From positions 1 to 59,337 of the IMG/VR virus record IMGVR_UViG_3300035684_000073: a DNA stretch of 59,337 nt, one strand, 5' to 3'. Origin of the DNA: a virus (lineage: Duplodnaviria; Caudoviricetes). Positions 56,301 through 59,337 of the stretch are shown piece by piece. Under the pieces are notes generated by a model, which saw nothing but the letters and a program-made list of their open reading frames with translations, had not been told where the DNA came from and made no database searches. Positions within the stretch are counted from its first letter, which is position 1. Each line of letters starts with the position of its first letter. The translations under genes and the position numbers were made by a program.

Positions 56301-56365
56301 CCATCAAGACGGGGCCGCAAGGCTCCGTTGGCGTCTATGGCTCGGCTTCGGGAGGGCAATCATGA
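53330..56365 (+). CDS. Tail tip / receptor-binding fibre protein with tandem repeats and CBM-like domain
   Basis: YAGTGG.EG...LKG..KP...G N-terminus; GATRN..GD.WVD repeats; ILRNSTFE beta-sandwich. Confidence 0.75.
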   Translation: MPAFLIRIDAFDPVAGAPVSLRASSVDDDRVCHLDGNIWWPGIAQLPALRYDLIDGALSGRIVTPGSSLALMVDAWPSLPRYAFPDARVRIWSGEPGQAWDLWVLRFDGRATGQPRISDGRADLPFAVDDRWLDEPLLATYAGTGGIEGEAALKGQPKPLALGAPRFAGATLVDSTNLVLQLSAYGAIEDIEVAFERVARFSPSVGDFNDYASLIAAPVPAGKIATARALGLVRHGAPPVGKLSYHLKGDKGGAAGWARLPGALIGRIAEIAGAAGRVYGASLAALDAARPWPSSWIFAEQITRREAMQRIAASVNSAVGVDWLGRLFAVPVAIGAPSVMLDATGAALPPVARVQQLEVDPPFWRLAMEAERTWEPHGLAEIAFTATPEPAGLLDPARTYREGQIVELPNGSQWLYVNATPSSGNAPPVTGTSNAHWEQLRPPITGPDIGVAAGATRNILYRQTTDPAGGNALQNGDLWVDISGSPMVIKIRIGNSWQVSGNHVTQGEHIGVANGATRNIVYRQAGAPAVPNDGDYWVDTSVTPNVTRVRVGGAWQAAANLVTQGQDIGVENGATNNPPERSILRNSTFEGAAGAFPVGWQRQATGQFTGQPYLLVGDARSSRGQNLLAVPSDSLFISERFAVAAGEKIFLEHRVQMAANRSDGAAPQVTLFISFENASGGETGTADVYRFTPISVAAGALSGVLAATAPAGTVRAIIACWIDLDVNPAGALLLLDYVAPHRDEPGSDVTANNQHKLVPAPAQQIQYDWTGSTSAQLPKMLQNTVSRGTSDVTATTAITYTPTGCTVDLVGAGVGQVRLTGVTAGNASIKVAATPQGGAPQIDYIQITRQQADPPSNTGGGAGATSFGPVEVNTSITDTSYDGTPQVLAVGRLRSNASGQIRFVLNADYMADNGSSVSVNAKGQFGTDGASYSDAGISATGSGSTGGYYDTPPNQLPSFEDWVEGSTGSVVANALVGGFTPNTDYYVRWIAIKTGPQGSVGVYGSASGGQS

Positions 56366-57096
56366 CGATCGGAACGACTGGCGACCAATCGGTTGACGTG
56401 TCGCGATGGCTCCCCGCGCGCGAGCCGGCAGAGCCCGCGCCCGCGACTGGGGTCGTTTCTCCTCCCGCCGTGATCGGCAGGCAGGCAGAACCTGCATGTC
56501 AGCATTTGACCGAGGGGCGGCCGACGCACGCGATCTGGCGCGAGCACGGTGTAGAGCTGGTCTTTCCGGACGGCTACGATCCTGTCAACCTGGTCGAGCT
56601 GCCGCCGGGTTTCCACGATCAACCGATGCAGGCCGACGTCGCAACGCGCAGCTTTCAAGTCGATTGGAGCGACTACGACGCTGCGCTCTTCGAGAGGATC
56701 GATGCCGAGGCCGGGGCCTTCCGCCTCCAATTCATCACCGACGTGCCGGGGCAGCAGGCGACTTACCAAACGAAGGAACAGGAGGCGCTGGACTATGGCG
56801 TGAACGGCCTCGTCGATCCTGCATATTTCCCGCTGCTCTCTGCGGAGGCCGTGGAGATCGGCACGCCGCTGGATCAACTTGTCGTCGAGGTGCTGACGCT
56901 CGCGACGCAGTGGCGGTGGATCAATGCGAAAGTCGAGGGGCGGCGGATCGGCGCGAAGGCGCGGGTGCGGCAGGCGGCGACCTATGCGGCGAAGCAAGAG
57001 GCGGCTGCCATTGACTGGTGGGGGCTGATCGCGCCCCCGCCCGCGTCAACCTCGCCCGCCGCGGGCAAGCCATTGAGCGGGAGCCTCGCGAAATGA
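56362..57096 (+). CDS. Tail fibre assembly-like protein
   Basis: ID.EAG..R..FIT..PGQ.ATY..KE.EA..PLL.AEA..EG.R..AK. Confidence 0.7.
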   Translation: MTIGTTGDQSVDVSRWLPAREPAEPAPATGVVSPPAVIGRQAEPACQHLTEGRPTHAIWREHGVELVFPDGYDPVNLVELPPGFHDQPMQADVATRSFQVDWSDYDAALFERIDAEAGAFRLQFITDVPGQQATYQTKEQEALDYGVNGLVDPAYFPLLSAEAVEIGTPLDQLVVEVLTLATQWRWINAKVEGRRIGAKARVRQAATYAAKQEAAAIDWWGLIAPPPASTSPAAGKPLSGSLAK

Positions 57097-57395
57097 TCGG
57101 CCGGCTCGCAGCCTGGCTGGTCGAGCTGCTGATCGCGATCGACCAGTTTGCACACGTGCTCCTCGGCGGCCCTAAATATGTCGTGATCGGGAAGGGGCCG
57201 TGCCCGTCGGCCGATGAGACGATCAGCTCGAAAGTCGGGCGCCAGGCGATCAGGGGCAAGCGCTGGGCGCGGATCTGCGAAGTGCCGATCGACGCGCTCT
57301 TTCGGCTGCTCGGCGAGCACGGCCATTGCCGCCGCCGGATCGAATTCGACGAACTGACGCCGGAGCTTCGGGCGAAGATCGAGGGGAGGTCTTAG
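57093..57395 (+). CDS. Conserved phage protein
   Basis: LIAIDQ....LLGG..DETISS..G..IDALF..HC. Confidence 0.75.
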   Translation: MIGRLAAWLVELLIAIDQFAHVLLGGPKYVVIGKGPCPSADETISSKVGRQAIRGKRWARICEVPIDALFRLLGEHGHCRRRIEFDELTPELRAKIEGRS

Positions 57396-58030
57396 TGCAA
57401 GCGTATCTGCCGCATATCCTCACGGGCCTGGCTACGTTTGTCGCGGCCCTACTCGGAAGCGCTGGCCTTTGGAGCTACCTTACCCGAAGCGCCGATCGGA
57501 AAGACGCCCGAGAGGTCGGCGAGATCGAGCGCCTGCGCGGAGAGGTCAAGGACCTGAAGGCAAGCCACCAGAATTGCGAAAGCACGGTCGGGGAGCTGCG
57601 CGAGCGGATCGCGGTCATCGAGACCCATAACGCAAGCTACCTGGCGCGCTGGATCAAGGATGCGAACAAGCGTCTGGTCTGGATCAACGACAAGGCGCTG
57701 ATAACGATCTTCGCGCCGCTCAGCCTGTCACGCGAGCAGGTGCTCGGCTTCACCTTTGCCGAGCTTCTCGATCCGCTCGCGGCCGCCGAGGTCGATCGCC
57801 TCGATCGCGCCGCGCTCGCCAATCACGGTGCCGCAGTGAGCAGTCTCATTCAGCTGCACCCGGATCTGCCGCTTATGCACGTGGTCAAGGTGGCGAGCGT
57901 CGGCCGCGACGGCGAGCTGATTTACGAAGGGCACGCATTCCGCCCGAACGATCCGGAGATCGCGCACGCCGTCGGCATCGGCCGACAAGTCGAGCAGCGC
58001 GAGATCTCGGCCGACAGAGTGCTCGAATAG
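57395..58030 (+). CDS. TM + coiled coil + PAS-fold protein in lysis cassette
   Basis: GGAGG RBS, GTG overlaps upstream TAG; TM ILTGLATFVAALLGSAGLWSYL; WIKD..R...IN..LG.T..EL..D...L..K..RDG. Confidence 0.75.
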   Translation: MQAYLPHILTGLATFVAALLGSAGLWSYLTRSADRKDAREVGEIERLRGEVKDLKASHQNCESTVGELRERIAVIETHNASYLARWIKDANKRLVWINDKALITIFAPLSLSREQVLGFTFAELLDPLAAAEVDRLDRAALANHGAAVSSLIQLHPDLPLMHVVKVASVGRDGELIYEGHAFRPNDPEIAHAVGIGRQVEQREISADRVLE

Positions 58031-58072
58031 CGGCGGCTCTGCCGCCTGATTTTCGTAACGGGAGAAGAGACT

Positions 58073-58930
58073 ATGCAACAGCACCGCAAGGCGCTGGCTG
58101 ATCTGCTGCGTCCGCGGCTTCGGCCGCCCGGCTTCAACGACGCCGAGTTCCGCCGCAAGTTCGATCGGCTGCTCGACGCCGCCGGAGTGCCGCGGGACGA
58201 AGATCCGATCGCGCCGGCGCTGCCCGGCCACGGCCTCGGCGTCCCGCTCGATCCGGAAATCGCCACGATCGACGTAGAGCTGCTGCGCGTCGCGTGCCCG
58301 CAAGTCGGCCGCGAGCTACTGGCCGCCTTCGTCGAGCCGGTTCGCCGCGCCTGCCAAGCCTTCGAGATCGACACGATTCGGCGCGTCGCGGCATTCATCG
58401 CCCAGATCGCGCATGAAAGCTGCTGCTTTACGGCGATGAATGAAAATCTGAATTATTCGAGCGCCAAGCGGATCCACGACATATTCGGCCGCGGCGAGGC
58501 GGGCCGCCGCCGCTTCCCGTCGCTCGCGCACTGCACGCCCTATGTCGGGCAGCCTCAGAAGCTCGCGAATTATGTCTATGCGAACCGCATGGGGAACGGG
58601 CCGCCGGAAAGTGGCGACGGGTGGCGCTATCGCGGCGGCGGCGGGATCGGGCTCACGGGCGCGGACAACTGGAACGGCTTTGCGGCCGCGATGGGAATGC
58701 CCGTCGACCAGGCGCTCGCATGGGCGCGCACGCCCGAGGGCGGGATCATGGCCGCAGCATGGTTTTGGGAAGTAAACGACATCAACCGGCTTGCCGACAC
58801 GCCCGGCGTTACCGACGAGAGCCGCCGCATAAACGGCGGCGACAACGGGCTCGACGATCGGAAAGCGAAATTCGATCGCCTCGTCGAAGAATTGCTGCGC
58901 CGCGAGCGTGCTGCGGCGGTGCTGCAGTGA
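58073..58930 (+). CDS. Endolysin, glycoside hydrolase family 19
   Basis: RVAAFIAQIAHES, ENLNYS, ANYVYANRMGNG..SGDGWRYRG, AAWFW, RINGG.NGLDDR. Confidence 0.93.
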   Translation: MQQHRKALADLLRPRLRPPGFNDAEFRRKFDRLLDAAGVPRDEDPIAPALPGHGLGVPLDPEIATIDVELLRVACPQVGRELLAAFVEPVRRACQAFEIDTIRRVAAFIAQIAHESCCFTAMNENLNYSSAKRIHDIFGRGEAGRRRFPSLAHCTPYVGQPQKLANYVYANRMGNGPPESGDGWRYRGGGGIGLTGADNWNGFAAAMGMPVDQALAWARTPEGGIMAAAWFWEVNDINRLADTPGVTDESRRINGGDNGLDDRKAKFDRLVEELLRRERAAAVLQ

Positions 58931-59337
58931 GGGGCGGCGACCACTGCCACAAGCTCGACAAGCTCGGCCTGTTCATCCTCGCCGGCCTGGTGGTGGGCGT
59001 GCTCGGCGCGATCGTGGTCGGCACCTTCTGGACGCGCGCCGTGCCCGACAAGGGCGAAGTGCTGATCGGCGGGATCTCGACGGGCTTGATCCTCTTCCTG
59101 CGCGATATTGTCGCCGCCGTGCGCGCCGGTTGGGAGGAAGTGACGCGAAACCAGGTCAACGAGCAGCTGGCGCTTTCGAAGCCGGCGCCGCGCCTGCTGC
59201 CGTCGCCGAAGCCGCTAGCCGGCGCCGGCGCGGCGGCCGAGGACGTGGCGGCCGCGGCCGAGGATCGCGCCGAAGAGATCCAAACCGCCGAGGCGGCCGA
59301 GCTTCAGCTGCGCAACGAAGAAAGGGAGCAACGTTAA
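58927..59337 (+). CDS. Two-TM membrane protein, putative holin
   Basis: Two hydrophobic helices, charged C-terminus; GTGA overlap with endolysin stop. Confidence 0.55.
   Translation: MRGGDHCHKLDKLGLFILAGLVVGVLGAIVVGTFWTRAVPDKGEVLIGGISTGLILFLRDIVAAVRAGWEEVTRNQVNEQLALSKPAPRLLPSPKPLAGAGAAAEDVAAAAEDRAEEIQTAEAAELQLRNEEREQR

Larger units (their letters stand above)
17625..59337. mobile_element. Lambda-like siphoprophage integrated at tRNA-Gly; right end beyond the window
   Basis: Integrase abutting tRNA; cI/cro, primase-helicase, terminase, portal, capsid, tail, tape measure and endolysin in phage order. Confidence 0.95.

Noticed and set aside
53330-57096. Diversity-generating retroelement or invertible tail-fibre cassette
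   Set aside because: No reverse transcriptase, invertase or template/variable repeat pair seen in the window
58620-58665. Endolysin motif RGGGGIGLTG instead of the usual RGRG.IQLTG
   Set aside because: HES and ENLNY catalytic region intact; cannot support altered function from sequence alone
17674-59337. attR duplicate of the tRNA-Gly 3' end
   Set aside because: Not seen by eye; the window ends inside the lysis cassette

Overview
GC-rich window whose gene content suggests a Sphingomonadales-like alphaproteobacterium (inferred). It has three blocks. (1) 1-16397: the distal half of an extracellular contractile injection system (eCIS, Afp/PVC-like) locus: tail/fibre genes (one with 25 collagen G-X-Y triplets), a tape-measure-like gene, an AAA+ ATPase, a DUF4157 protein with an Ntox15/Tde-type HxxD DNase tip, a Tdi-like immunity gene, then a glycosyltransferase-methyltransferase fusion and a second methyltransferase. 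(2) 16503-17673: a host S66 LD-carboxypeptidase and tRNA-Gly(TCC). (3) ~17625 to the window end: an apparently intact lambda-like cos siphoprophage integrated at the tRNA by a large serine recombinase, with cI/cro switch, primase-helicase, terminase, head, tail and lysis genes; attR is outside the window. Most notable: three cassettes of opposite-strand cargo genes nested in 'bridge' ORFs coupled by NTGA overlaps at both ends; a TM-coiled coil-PAS protein at the holin position; a GTA-like prohead protease in the early operon; a ~220-nt structured RNA candidate sharing a palindrome with a site 14 kb away; a lambda-like cosQ/cosN; and a -1 frameshift. All family assignments come from motif recognition by eye, not database searches.
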